64,000 nucleotides of DNA from Flavobacteriales bacterium. GTDB lineage: Bacteria > Bacteroidota > Bacteroidia > UBA10329. Under the pieces are notes generated by a model, which made no database searches, was not told the origin of the DNA, and saw only the letters and a list, made by a program, of their open reading frames with translations. Made by a program: the position numbers and the translations under genes. Location of the stretch: contig JACJZP010000013.1 in the NCBI GenBank assembly GCA_020635535.1, positions 16,358-80,357 on the forward strand. The letters run 5' to 3'. This document shows, in pieces, positions 33,648-44,419 of this stretch (position 1 is the stretch's first letter; each line of letters begins with the position of its first letter).

Positions 33648-36600
33648 GTGAAAAGATTTCTACTCCTCCTCATACCGTTTTTACTTCTTGGCACACTCAG
33701 ATTATCAGCAACACACATCGTTGGTGGTGAATTGGTATACACTTATCTGGGTGGTAGCCAGTATGCCATAACCCTTATCGTTTATCGCGATTGTTTAAGT
33801 GGTCAGGCAGCATTCGATAACCCTGCTGCAATTGGAATTTTCAATTCAAGCAATACACTCGTGCAGGATTTGAATTTTACGCTTGATTCGGTTGTCACCT
33901 TGCAGTCTACCATCAATTCCAGTTGCGTTACAGCACCCAATAACGTGTGCACAGAAGCAGGTTATTATACAGAGATAGTAACATTGCCTCCAATTGTTGG
34001 CGGGTATACAATTGCCTATCAGCGCTGCTGTAGGAATGCGGTTGTTCAGAATATTGTCGATCCGGGCAATGTTGGCGCTACTTACGTTGCCACCATACCG
34101 GGCTCTGAATCTCAACCGGCAAACTCAAGTCCTATCTGGTCCAACCTTCCTCCGCTGTACGTTTGTGCCAATCTTCCATTTCAGTTCGATCATTCCGCCT
34201 TCGATCTTGATGGCGATTCGTTGGTCTATTCGCTTTGTACACCTTACGAAGGAGCATCGAGTACGGCACCGCAACCTAATCCACCATCAAGTCCGCCTTA
34301 CACGCCAATTTCATGGCAAGCACCTTACTCACTCAATGATATGATGGGAGGTGTTCCACTTACCATAAACCCTCAAACAGGTCAGTTGAACGCAGTTCCG
34401 AATGCCATAGGAACTTATGTTATCGGCATCTGTGTGAGTCAGTACAGGAATGGCATCCTTTTGGGCGAGACCAGAAGAGGAATTCAGATCAACGTAGTGA
34501 ATTGCCAAGCGCCAGTTGCTTCACCTGATGATTTGAATGAGATCATCCCTAACAGTTTTATCAACTGTACTGAATACGTGGAGTTTCAGGCAAGTAGCTC
34601 ATCAGGTTTCAATATTTTATGGGATTTTGGCGATCCTACCACAACTTCCGATCAATCTACAAACGCTACCACCTCTTGGACCTACCCTGGTCCTGGGTCA
34701 TATGATCTCACACTTGTAGTTTACAATCCCATTAACCCAAGCGACCCGTTGTGTACCGACACTGTAGTTCAAACTATTACGGTTCAGGATACGGTAATAC
34801 CAGATGCGGGTCCAGATGTAGCCACTTGTCCTGGAATTCCAGTGCAGATTGGGGCTGCGGCTATTCCTGGTTGGACCTATCAATGGAGTCCTACCACTGG
34901 ATTGAATGATCCGAATAGCTCTCAGCCTACTGCTTCAATAACCGGTCAGATAACTTACGTTTTGACTGCTACAGATGCGGTTGGCTGCACGGGCTCGGAT
35001 TCGGTAACCGTGAGTTTGCTGCCCAATACAAGCGCAAATGCCGGTCCGGATGTTCAGATATGTTCAGGAGATTCCATTCAGCTTCAAGCATCGGGTGGGG
35101 TGGATTATCAGTGGTCTCCAAATCAGTTCATTGATGATGTCAATATTTCCGACCCCAACGTATTTCCACCTTCAGACCAAGCTTATGTTGTTTCAGTAAC
35201 CAATGCTGATGGATGTATAGGAACCGACACGGTATTGGTTCAGTTGTTCCAGTCTGTTCTAACAGTTTCATCGGATGTGACAATTTGCGTTGGCGACACT
35301 ACCCAACTATCGGTTGCTGGTGCAATCACGTATGCTTGGAGTCCTGTAACGGATATTTCAGACCCCAACATTGCTGATCCAGAAGTTTGGCCGTCTACCA
35401 CCACTACTTACGTGGTTGAGGCAGTTGATGCAAATGGCTGTGAGGTAACTGATTCGGTTGTTGTATCGGTTCAACCACTTCCATTGGCCAATGCAGGACA
35501 GGATGTCGAAATATGCGTAGGAGAATGTGTTCCGCTTCAGGCTTCTGGTGGCGATTCTTATGCCTGGAGTCCATCCATTGGTTTGTCAGACCCGAATTCC
35601 AGTAACCCAACGGCCTGTCCAGACTCTACTACAACTTATGTGGTAACTGTAACAAGCAGCTTGCAGGGAAGTGGTCAGAATTTGGTTGTGAATGGAGATT
35701 TTGAATTGGGAAATATTGGTTTTACAACCGATTATACTGAGTTTGTTCTGAATCCACCGCCACCACCCAATATCACCTTCGGACAGTACGTGGTAGTAGA
35801 TGATTTGGCAGATATTCAGCAATCCTGGTCTGGTCTTGGAGATCATACTTCTGGAACTGGTAATTTCATGGTGGCGGATGGTGCAACCACTCCAGGTCAG
35901 AACTTCTGGTGTCAGACCGTATCAGTTTCGCCCAATACTTGGTACGATCTTTCTGCATGGATTGCAACAGTGTTTGTCAATCCGAACTCTCAGGTCGCTA
36001 CGTTGCGATTCACTGTTAATGGAACTCCTGTCGGTAACGACTTTGTTGCTCCGTGGCCTTTCAATCAATGGCAGGAATTTTCGGCCACTTGGTATTCAGG
36101 TTCCGCTACCACTGCAACTATTTGTATGACGGATTTGGTTACGGTTGGTTCAGGAAATGATTTTGCCCTAGATGACCTGTTTTTTGGTCCACAAACTCCT
36201 GGTTGTTCAAGTACTGATACAATAACTGTTACTGTTAACCCGCTTCCAGCGGTAAATGCAGGAGCTGATCAGACCCTTTGCTTCGGGCAAACAGTTCAAC
36301 TTACAGCATCTGGTGCAGATACCTATCTGTGGTATCCTGGAACCGGATTGAGCGATTCAACTGTTTTCAACCCTAACGCTCAACCGAGCCTTCCGACCGA
36401 ATACGTGGTTGAGGGAACTGATGCCAATGGATGTAGCAATACAGACACGGTTTTCGTTGATGTATTCTTGGTTGATGCTATCGGAGATACCGTAATCTGT
36501 ATTGGTGATGAGGCTCAACTAAGTGTTGTTGGAGGTGTGAGCTGGAGTTGGAGTCCGACCACAGGGCTCAGTGATGCTTCAGTTCAGAATCCTACTGCTA

Positions 36601-39077
36601 ATCCAACTACCACCACCGTGTATACCGTTACAGCTGATGATGGTTCAGGCTGTTTAGCAACCGATACGGTTACTGTGGTTGTTAGTCAACTTCCTATTGC
36701 TTTTGCAGGCTTTGATCAGGGAGTGTGTGCAGGAAGCACCGCCCAATTGAACGCCTCAGGCGGAGTGAGCTATGAGTGGCAGCCTACCTCAGGTTTGAGC
36801 AACCCGAACATCGCAGCCCCCATTGTGACGTTCAGTTCAGATACGGTCACCTACTGGGTAACGGTAACAGACAACATCGGCTGTGAGAACACCGATACGG
36901 TAACGATATGGCAAGAGCCATTGCCCAATGCGGTTGCAGGTCCGGACACCACAGTATGTGCAGGGCAGAGCGTACAGCTCACCTCCAGCGGAGGGACCAC
37001 CTACAGCTGGAGCCCCGCAGCAGGACTGAACAACCCGAACGCACAGAACCCTACCGCCACACCACTTACCACCACCACCTATACGGTAACGGTCGGTCAG
37101 CCTACAGGCAACCTGATCTTCAACGGAGATTTCAGCCAAGGCAATGTCGGATTCAACAGTGATTACACCTACTATGACGGTCCACCGAACATGGGTGAAG
37201 CACTATTTTCAGTGGTGGCCAATGCCAACTCAATACACAACGCCTTTCAGGGAACAGGTCATACGGGCAATGCCCCGGTGGATAGCTTCATGGTGGTGAA
37301 CGGAGCAGGCACCCCGAATCAGAACGTCTGGTGTCAGACCATCTCCGTATCGCCCAACACCGACTACTTCTTCGGAGCATGGGTAAGTACGGTTGTTGCC
37401 AGCAGCCCGGCCATTCTGCAGTTCTCCATCAACGGACAGGTACTCGGAGCACCGTTCTCAGCACCTTTCAACATCAACAACTGGAGTCAGTTCTATCAGA
37501 CATGGAACTCAGGCACGGCCACCACGGCCACCATCTGTGTGGTGAACCAGAACACCAACACGGGCGGTAACGACTTCGCGTTGGATGACATCACCTTCAG
37601 TACCTACTGTACCAATACAGCAGAGGTAACGGTCACCATCAACCCATTGCCAGAGGCCGATGCAGGAGAGGATCAACAGATATGCTATGGCGATACCACC
37701 CAACTGGAAGGAGCAGGAGGCGTTACCTACGCCTGGGTGCCACCGATCGGCATTGCGGACCCCACAGACCCGACCACCGATGCCTACCCGAACCTGACCA
37801 CCACCTACACCCTGATAGTGGAAGACAACATCGGCTGTACGGATACTGATGAGATGACCCTGACGGTGAATCCATTGCCAGCGGCCAATGCAGGTCCTGA
37901 CCATGAGGTGTGTATAGGAGAAAGTGTCATCTTGGAAGGATCGGGAGGCACGATCTACCAGTGGACGCCACAGACCTACTTGGACGATGCCACAGCGCAG
38001 CTACCCGTTTCCACCGCAGAGCAGACCACCACGTACACGGTAACGGTAACGGACAACAACAACTGTACGGACAGCGACTCGACCACTGTTACGGTGAACC
38101 CGTTGCCGATAGTTGAGGCAGGCCCTGACAGCATGATATGCGCCAACGGCAGTCTCGTTCTCCAGGGAAATGGAGCGGCAAGCTATGCTTGGACCCCGCT
38201 TATCGGACTGAGCGACCCACAGAGCGCCACCCCCACGGCATCACCACTGAGCCCGACCACTTACTACGTAACAGGCACGGACATCAACGGCTGCATCGGT
38301 TCTGACTCGGTCAGTATTACCATATTTGGGATAACAGCTTGGCCTGACAGTGTGATCTGCCAGAACGATAGTGTGCAGGCATTTGTAAGTGGAGGTGTTT
38401 CGTTCAGTTGGAGTCCTTCTGAAGGCGTTAGCGATACTGCTTCGTCATCACCGTATCTGAGCCCATTCAATAGTACAGCATACACGGTTACGGTTTTGAG
38501 TGCGTATGGATGTGCGGCTTCTGCGGAGGTTGATATTGATATTCTGACGCTTCCTGTATCTGGATTTACGGCTGAGTTTGAACCAACTTGCGATGGCATC
38601 TATGCCGATTTCAGTAATACATCGGAAAACTCAGAAACATTCTATTGGAGTTTCGGGGATGGGGGGACATCTACCGAATTTGAACCAACCCACACATTTG
38701 AGCCGGGGGTGGGTAGCATTGTAACGTTGATCACCTACAACAACGATAGCCTATGTGTCGATTCGTCCGTTGTTGATTTCTCTGGGCAGTGGTTCGGTAA
38801 CGATACCATCGATATCAAGTACGGAAATGTATTCACTCCGAACTATGATGGAATCAATGATTGCTTCAAACCTGGGTTTGATGGACGGTTCAGCGACTGC
38901 TACGATCTAAAGGTTTATAACCGTTGGGGAGCACTTATATTCGAGTCTACTGGAGGTCAGAACCACTGTTGGGATGGAAGAACCAAAGGTGGAAAGCCTT
39001 GCGATGAAGGAACTTACTACTACATTGTATCTTTGAAAGGTTATGAGAATCATGGGTATGTTACCCTGATCTACTAA
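33648..39077 (+). CDS. giant T9SS cargo: Cys-rich N-domain, Ig-like (SprB-type) repeat array with two jelly-roll/CBM-like inserts, PKD, type B (gliding-motility-associated) C-terminal domain
   Basis: GTG 33648 gives MKRFLLLLIPFLLLGTLRLSA. Many repeats have the form ANAGPD-x-x-IC-x-GD-x-x-QL-x-ASGG-x-x-Y-x-WSP. CBM-like modules run from NGDFE/NGDFS to GNDFALDD. PKD motif YWSFGDGG. The C-terminus has VFTPNYDGINDCFKP...YNRWGALIFES...CWDGRTKGG...GTYYYIV. Confidence 0.85.
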   Translation: MKRFLLLLIPFLLLGTLRLSATHIVGGELVYTYLGGSQYAITLIVYRDCLSGQAAFDNPAAIGIFNSSNTLVQDLNFTLDSVVTLQSTINSSCVTAPNNVCTEAGYYTEIVTLPPIVGGYTIAYQRCCRNAVVQNIVDPGNVGATYVATIPGSESQPANSSPIWSNLPPLYVCANLPFQFDHSAFDLDGDSLVYSLCTPYEGASSTAPQPNPPSSPPYTPISWQAPYSLNDMMGGVPLTINPQTGQLNAVPNAIGTYVIGICVSQYRNGILLGETRRGIQINVVNCQAPVASPDDLNEIIPNSFINCTEYVEFQASSSSGFNILWDFGDPTTTSDQSTNATTSWTYPGPGSYDLTLVVYNPINPSDPLCTDTVVQTITVQDTVIPDAGPDVATCPGIPVQIGAAAIPGWTYQWSPTTGLNDPNSSQPTASITGQITYVLTATDAVGCTGSDSVTVSLLPNTSANAGPDVQICSGDSIQLQASGGVDYQWSPNQFIDDVNISDPNVFPPSDQAYVVSVTNADGCIGTDTVLVQLFQSVLTVSSDVTICVGDTTQLSVAGAITYAWSPVTDISDPNIADPEVWPSTTTTYVVEAVDANGCEVTDSVVVSVQPLPLANAGQDVEICVGECVPLQASGGDSYAWSPSIGLSDPNSSNPTACPDSTTTYVVTVTSSLQGSGQNLVVNGDFELGNIGFTTDYTEFVLNPPPPPNITFGQYVVVDDLADIQQSWSGLGDHTSGTGNFMVADGATTPGQNFWCQTVSVSPNTWYDLSAWIATVFVNPNSQVATLRFTVNGTPVGNDFVAPWPFNQWQEFSATWYSGSATTATICMTDLVTVGSGNDFALDDLFFGPQTPGCSSTDTITVTVNPLPAVNAGADQTLCFGQTVQLTASGADTYLWYPGTGLSDSTVFNPNAQPSLPTEYVVEGTDANGCSNTDTVFVDVFLVDAIGDTVICIGDEAQLSVVGGVSWSWSPTTGLSDASVQNPTANPTTTTVYTVTADDGSGCLATDTVTVVVSQLPIAFAGFDQGVCAGSTAQLNASGGVSYEWQPTSGLSNPNIAAPIVTFSSDTVTYWVTVTDNIGCENTDTVTIWQEPLPNAVAGPDTTVCAGQSVQLTSSGGTTYSWSPAAGLNNPNAQNPTATPLTTTTYTVTVGQPTGNLIFNGDFSQGNVGFNSDYTYYDGPPNMGEALFSVVANANSIHNAFQGTGHTGNAPVDSFMVVNGAGTPNQNVWCQTISVSPNTDYFFGAWVSTVVASSPAILQFSINGQVLGAPFSAPFNINNWSQFYQTWNSGTATTATICVVNQNTNTGGNDFALDDITFSTYCTNTAEVTVTINPLPEADAGEDQQICYGDTTQLEGAGGVTYAWVPPIGIADPTDPTTDAYPNLTTTYTLIVEDNIGCTDTDEMTLTVNPLPAANAGPDHEVCIGESVILEGSGGTIYQWTPQTYLDDATAQLPVSTAEQTTTYTVTVTDNNNCTDSDSTTVTVNPLPIVEAGPDSMICANGSLVLQGNGAASYAWTPLIGLSDPQSATPTASPLSPTTYYVTGTDINGCIGSDSVSITIFGITAWPDSVICQNDSVQAFVSGGVSFSWSPSEGVSDTASSSPYLSPFNSTAYTVTVLSAYGCAASAEVDIDILTLPVSGFTAEFEPTCDGIYADFSNTSENSETFYWSFGDGGTSTEFEPTHTFEPGVGSIVTLITYNNDSLCVDSSVVDFSGQWFGNDTIDIKYGNVFTPNYDGINDCFKPGFDGRFSDCYDLKVYNRWGALIFESTGGQNHCWDGRTKGGKPCDEGTYYYIVSLKGYENHGYVTLIY
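36861..38210 (+). repeat. ~1.35-kb tract with no mismatch found against 42197-43546 (copy 1)
   Basis: Offset 5336 nt. The encoded peptide is identical in both genes. Five shadow ORFs in other frames and on the other strand are also identical between the two loci. I checked the tract edges base by base: mismatches at 36842, 36851 and 36860 on the left and at 38211 on the right. Confidence 0.85.
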
Positions 39078-39088
39078 ACTTCATTGAT

Positions 39089-42000
39089 ATGTCGAATTTT
39101 GGAGTTTGGAGATGGCCGTTGGTCATGCTCCTTTTGCTTGTAGCTGTTGTAAATGTATTCGGAGAGGGTAACCCGAGGTTTGTAGAGAACAAGGGTCAGT
39201 ATCCTGAACAGGTTCATTTCAAGCTTCGGGTTGCCAATGCCGATCTGTATTTCGAGACTGGCGCGCTAACGTTTAATGTTTACGACCCTGAGGTTTTTGC
39301 GGATCATGCCGAACACCATCACAAAGGCTCTGAACCCGAAATGGGGCACGCTTACCGCATGCATTTTCTTGGGCATGATCCAAATGCTGATGTTCATGCA
39401 ACAGGTGAGAAATATCTTGACTATCAGAATTTTATTCTGAAGAATAGATCAGTTGGCCACGTCAGTTCGTTTGATCGAATTGAATACAATGAAATTTATC
39501 CGGGTATTGATATTGATTACTTCGGGTATGAAGGAAATCTGAAGTATGATGTGAAAGTGGCAGCAGGTGCCGATCCTTCTCAAATTCGGATGAAATATGA
39601 AGGAGTCAATTCCCTGAAACTGCGAAATGGGAAACTCATTGTTGAGAATAGTGTCAACTCCGTAGAGGAATCCATTCCGTTGGCGTATCAAAGGATAAAT
39701 GGTCTGAGAGTTCCTGTTGACTGTCGGTACAGATTGGAAGGTGAAATAGTCTCGTTTGAGTTTCCTAATGGTTATGATCAGAATCTGGAACTCGTTATTG
39801 ATCCAACACTCATTTTCTCAAGTTATACTGGCTCAACTTCAGACAATTTCGGATTTACCGCAACCTATGATGCATCTGGTGCGCTTTACGGTGGCGGAAT
39901 TGTTTTTGGAGGTGGTTATCCGTCTACCCTTGGTGCCTACTCAACGAGTTTCAGCGGTTTGATCGATATGGCGATTTCAAAATTCTCGCCTGACGGAAGT
40001 ACGCTGATCTATTCAACATACATCGGAGGTTCAAGTGCCGATGTTCCGCACAGTATGATTGTAAACAGTCAAGGTCAATTGGTGGTTTTGGGCAGCACCA
40101 GTTCGTTGAACTACCCAACAACTTCAGGTGCGTATGATACCGATTTCAATGGTGGTGTCGCGATTAACTATACCTCCAATGGAACCAATTTTCAGAATGG
40201 ATCCGACATAGTGGTTTCGGTTCTAAGTGCTGATGGTTCGGCTCTTATCGGTTCTACGTACTTGGGAGGTTCCCAGAATGACGGCTTGAATCAGGACACC
40301 GACCTTGCCTACAATTATGGAGACATTTTCCGTGGCGAGGTTATCGTTGATGATCTGGACAATATCTATATCGCCTCAAGTACAGGTTCTTCCGATCTAC
40401 CAGTTACTGCTGGAACCATCGGGCAGACACTGTCTGGTAATCAAGATGCATGTGTTGCCAAGTTCAGTCCTAATGTGTCTACGCTCATTTGGTGTACATA
40501 TTTAGGAGGAGATGGTGCTGATGCAGGATATTCAATGAAGCACAACTCTTTGAATGAGTTATATGTTACTGGAGGTACAGAAGGGCAGGGATTTCCAATT
40601 GTTGGCTCTACGCTCAATACAACCTATCAAGGTGGGCAATCAGACGGTTTTATTGTTCGGTTGAACAACAGTGCCACCTCAATTGTGGGTAGTACATTCA
40701 TTGGAACTTCCACCTACGACCAGTCTTATTTTGTGGAGGTTGACCATGATGATGATGTGTATGTATATGGTCAGTCTGAGGGAAATTATCCTGTTGTGGG
40801 AAGTGTCTACTCTAATCCGAACAGCAGGCAGTTCATTCAAAAGCTGTCAGCCGACCTGAGCACGTCCATCGTATCTACCGTATTCGGTAATGGAAGTACA
40901 GGGATCAACATTTCTCCAACCGCATTTCTGGTTGATGTCTGCAAGCGGATCTACATAGCTGGATGGGGTGGGGGAACCAACAACTTTTGGAATAACACAA
41001 CCAATAACACTTTTGGTCTTCCCACAACTCCGAACGGATTCCAGTTGACTACAGATGGAAGTGATTTCTATTTCATGGTGCTGGAGGCCGATGCATCTTC
41101 ACTGCTTTATGCCACCTTCTTTGGTGGTAATGGAGTAAATGAACATGTTGACGGAGGTACGAGTAGGTTCAATTCTGCTGGAGTAATTCACGAAGCAGTT
41201 TGTGCAGGTTGTGGTGGAAGTGATGCTTTTCCAACTACGCCAGGAGCGGTTTCCAACACCAACAATAGCCCGAACTGTAATCTCGGGGTTATCAAACTCG
41301 ACCTTGAGGTTCCACTGGTCGATGTCGGTATCAATTTAGATACGGTTCAAACAGGTTGTGTTCCGTTCACTTTACAGTTCATTGCAGACACGCTCATTGC
41401 TCCTGAATTCGTGTGGTACTTTGGAACGGGAGATTCATCAAACGCGGTAAATCCAACCTACACGTTCAATGTTCCTGGCACATATGAAGTGTTGCTGATA
41501 GGTCGCAATACAAACTGCGATGGTGCTCAATTCGTAGACACAGCTTCGGTAATGGTCAATGCCGTTACAAACAGCGATACTGTAAGTGCAGGGCCCGATC
41601 TGTTCATGTGTCCTGGAGATACGGTGCAGTTGGATGGCTTCGGGGTGGGAACTTTCAGCTGGATGCCAGCCGCTTTTGTTTCGGATCCGAACGCTGAAGA
41701 CCCGTTGGCTTTCCCTGATGTGACCACTGAATTTGTGCTTCAGCTGTTTGATACGGAAGGCTGCTCCGCATTCGACACAGTGCTTGTAGAGGTTGCTGGT
41801 CTGAGTGTGAATGTCTCTGCGGATACGACCATTTGTATTGGAGACACCATCAACTTGAACGCATCTGGAGGCATCAGTTATGCTTGGTCCCCGAATTCTG
41901 ATATCAGCGATGTAAGCATTCCGAATCCAGAGGTTTGGCCAAGCTCAACAAACACTTACTTTTTAGATGTAATAACTTCCGATGGCTGCGAAATCACGGA

Positions 42001-44419
42001 ATCTGTTCTTGTCGCAGTTCAGCAATTACCCAATGCATTTGCTGGCTACGATCAAGGCGTTTGTTCAGCTGGCACCGCCCAATTGAACGCTACAGGTGGA
42101 GTGAGCTATGAGTGGATGCCTACCGCAGGTTTGAGCAACCCGAACATCGCTGACCCTGTTGTAACGTTCAGTTCAGACACGGTCACTTACTGGGTTACGG
42201 TAACAGACAACATCGGCTGTGAGAACACCGATACGGTAACGATATGGCAAGAGCCATTGCCCAATGCGGTTGCAGGTCCGGACACCACAGTATGTGCAGG
42301 GCAGAGCGTACAGCTCACCTCCAGCGGAGGGACCACCTACAGCTGGAGCCCCGCAGCAGGACTGAACAACCCGAACGCACAGAACCCTACCGCCACACCA
42401 CTTACCACCACCACCTATACGGTAACGGTCGGTCAGCCTACAGGCAACCTGATCTTCAACGGAGATTTCAGCCAAGGCAATGTCGGATTCAACAGTGATT
42501 ACACCTACTATGACGGTCCACCGAACATGGGTGAAGCACTATTTTCAGTGGTGGCCAATGCCAACTCAATACACAACGCCTTTCAGGGAACAGGTCATAC
42601 GGGCAATGCCCCGGTGGATAGCTTCATGGTGGTGAACGGAGCAGGCACCCCGAATCAGAACGTCTGGTGTCAGACCATCTCCGTATCGCCCAACACCGAC
42701 TACTTCTTCGGAGCATGGGTAAGTACGGTTGTTGCCAGCAGCCCGGCCATTCTGCAGTTCTCCATCAACGGACAGGTACTCGGAGCACCGTTCTCAGCAC
42801 CTTTCAACATCAACAACTGGAGTCAGTTCTATCAGACATGGAACTCAGGCACGGCCACCACGGCCACCATCTGTGTGGTGAACCAGAACACCAACACGGG
42901 CGGTAACGACTTCGCGTTGGATGACATCACCTTCAGTACCTACTGTACCAATACAGCAGAGGTAACGGTCACCATCAACCCATTGCCAGAGGCCGATGCA
43001 GGAGAGGATCAACAGATATGCTATGGCGATACCACCCAACTGGAAGGAGCAGGAGGCGTTACCTACGCCTGGGTGCCACCGATCGGCATTGCGGACCCCA
43101 CAGACCCGACCACCGATGCCTACCCGAACCTGACCACCACCTACACCCTGATAGTGGAAGACAACATCGGCTGTACGGATACTGATGAGATGACCCTGAC
43201 GGTGAATCCATTGCCAGCGGCCAATGCAGGTCCTGACCATGAGGTGTGTATAGGAGAAAGTGTCATCTTGGAAGGATCGGGAGGCACGATCTACCAGTGG
43301 ACGCCACAGACCTACTTGGACGATGCCACAGCGCAGCTACCCGTTTCCACCGCAGAGCAGACCACCACGTACACGGTAACGGTAACGGACAACAACAACT
43401 GTACGGACAGCGACTCGACCACTGTTACGGTGAACCCGTTGCCGATAGTTGAGGCAGGCCCTGACAGCATGATATGCGCCAACGGCAGTCTCGTTCTCCA
43501 GGGAAATGGAGCGGCAAGCTATGCTTGGACCCCGCTCATCGGACTGAGCGATCCACAGAGCGCCACACCAACAGCATCACCTCTGAGCCCGACCACTTAC
43601 TACGTAACAGGCACGGACATCAACGGCTGCATCGGATCCGACTCGGTCAGTATTACAATTTTTGGAGTGGCTGCGAATTCAGGAAGTTATATCATCTGTT
43701 TAAATGATAGTGTTCAGGCCAGTGTTTCTGGTGGCGCTGGTTATGTGTGGTCACCTGCTATAGGAGTTAGCGATACGGTTTCTTCAGAACCATATTTGAG
43801 TCCTACCGTCTCAACGGATTATATCATTTCAGTGATCAGTCAGTTCGGATGTGTGGCGCAAACCGAGGTGAATGTGCAGGTGTTGAGTTTACCGATTGCT
43901 GCTTTCAGCGGAAGTTTTGATGCAACCTGTGATGGTGTTTATGCGCTGTTCGATAATCAGTCGAATAATGCACAATCATATTCTTGGAGTTTTGGCAATG
44001 GAGAAACCTCTTCAGATTTTGAACCATCGCAGGTGTATGAAAATGGGGCAGGACCAATTGTAACGCTCTACGCTTACAATAACGATTCGCTGTGTGTTGA
44101 TTCCATCACAATTGACTATTCAACACAATGGTTCAGCAATGACAGCATTGAGATTGAATACACCAATGTCTTCACACCCAATAATGATGGCCTGAATGAC
44201 TGCTTCAAACCGGATTTCGATGCACGGTTCAGCGAGTGTTATGAGCTGAAAGTGTTTAACCGCTGGGGTGAACTGATCTTTGAGTCGGTTGCTGGACAAG
44301 AACATTGTTGGGATGGAAGAACCAAAGGCGGTAATATGGTTCCAGAAGGAACTTACTACTACATCTCGGTTATACGTGGCATAGATCATGCTGGGTATGT
44401 GCAGGTGCTTTACGAATGA
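39089..44419 (+). CDS. giant T9SS cargo: SBBP-type beta-propeller repeats, PKD, Ig-like repeat array with jelly-roll/CBM-like insert, type B C-terminal domain
   Basis: Signal peptide WRWPLVMLLLLVAVVNVFG. Repeated ..YSTYIGGS.., ..GSTYLGGS.., ..WCTYLGGDG.., ..YATFFGG.. motifs are typical of SBBP propeller repeats. The C-terminal 750 aa are paralogous to the 33648 gene. The C-terminus has VFTPNNDGLNDCFKP...FNRWGELIFES...GTYYYI. Confidence 0.85.
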   Translation: MSNFGVWRWPLVMLLLLVAVVNVFGEGNPRFVENKGQYPEQVHFKLRVANADLYFETGALTFNVYDPEVFADHAEHHHKGSEPEMGHAYRMHFLGHDPNADVHATGEKYLDYQNFILKNRSVGHVSSFDRIEYNEIYPGIDIDYFGYEGNLKYDVKVAAGADPSQIRMKYEGVNSLKLRNGKLIVENSVNSVEESIPLAYQRINGLRVPVDCRYRLEGEIVSFEFPNGYDQNLELVIDPTLIFSSYTGSTSDNFGFTATYDASGALYGGGIVFGGGYPSTLGAYSTSFSGLIDMAISKFSPDGSTLIYSTYIGGSSADVPHSMIVNSQGQLVVLGSTSSLNYPTTSGAYDTDFNGGVAINYTSNGTNFQNGSDIVVSVLSADGSALIGSTYLGGSQNDGLNQDTDLAYNYGDIFRGEVIVDDLDNIYIASSTGSSDLPVTAGTIGQTLSGNQDACVAKFSPNVSTLIWCTYLGGDGADAGYSMKHNSLNELYVTGGTEGQGFPIVGSTLNTTYQGGQSDGFIVRLNNSATSIVGSTFIGTSTYDQSYFVEVDHDDDVYVYGQSEGNYPVVGSVYSNPNSRQFIQKLSADLSTSIVSTVFGNGSTGINISPTAFLVDVCKRIYIAGWGGGTNNFWNNTTNNTFGLPTTPNGFQLTTDGSDFYFMVLEADASSLLYATFFGGNGVNEHVDGGTSRFNSAGVIHEAVCAGCGGSDAFPTTPGAVSNTNNSPNCNLGVIKLDLEVPLVDVGINLDTVQTGCVPFTLQFIADTLIAPEFVWYFGTGDSSNAVNPTYTFNVPGTYEVLLIGRNTNCDGAQFVDTASVMVNAVTNSDTVSAGPDLFMCPGDTVQLDGFGVGTFSWMPAAFVSDPNAEDPLAFPDVTTEFVLQLFDTEGCSAFDTVLVEVAGLSVNVSADTTICIGDTINLNASGGISYAWSPNSDISDVSIPNPEVWPSSTNTYFLDVITSDGCEITESVLVAVQQLPNAFAGYDQGVCSAGTAQLNATGGVSYEWMPTAGLSNPNIADPVVTFSSDTVTYWVTVTDNIGCENTDTVTIWQEPLPNAVAGPDTTVCAGQSVQLTSSGGTTYSWSPAAGLNNPNAQNPTATPLTTTTYTVTVGQPTGNLIFNGDFSQGNVGFNSDYTYYDGPPNMGEALFSVVANANSIHNAFQGTGHTGNAPVDSFMVVNGAGTPNQNVWCQTISVSPNTDYFFGAWVSTVVASSPAILQFSINGQVLGAPFSAPFNINNWSQFYQTWNSGTATTATICVVNQNTNTGGNDFALDDITFSTYCTNTAEVTVTINPLPEADAGEDQQICYGDTTQLEGAGGVTYAWVPPIGIADPTDPTTDAYPNLTTTYTLIVEDNIGCTDTDEMTLTVNPLPAANAGPDHEVCIGESVILEGSGGTIYQWTPQTYLDDATAQLPVSTAEQTTTYTVTVTDNNNCTDSDSTTVTVNPLPIVEAGPDSMICANGSLVLQGNGAASYAWTPLIGLSDPQSATPTASPLSPTTYYVTGTDINGCIGSDSVSITIFGVAANSGSYIICLNDSVQASVSGGAGYVWSPAIGVSDTVSSEPYLSPTVSTDYIISVISQFGCVAQTEVNVQVLSLPIAAFSGSFDATCDGVYALFDNQSNNAQSYSWSFGNGETSSDFEPSQVYENGAGPIVTLYAYNNDSLCVDSITIDYSTQWFSNDSIEIEYTNVFTPNNDGLNDCFKPDFDARFSECYELKVFNRWGELIFESVAGQEHCWDGRTKGGNMVPEGTYYYISVIRGIDHAGYVQVLYE
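42197..43546 (+). repeat. ~1.35-kb tract with no mismatch found against 36861-38210 (copy 2)
   Basis: See copy 1. Flanking homology continues at lower identity to about 42026 on the left and about 43666 on the right. Confidence 0.85.

Noticed and set aside
36837-38116. Five small ORFs duplicated exactly at 42173-43452, which could be read as a repeated mobile element or gene cassette
   Set aside because: They are off-frame or antisense shadows of the converted coding tract shared by the two giant genes. There is no transposase, no terminal inverted repeats and no target duplication, and the tract is in frame in both host genes.
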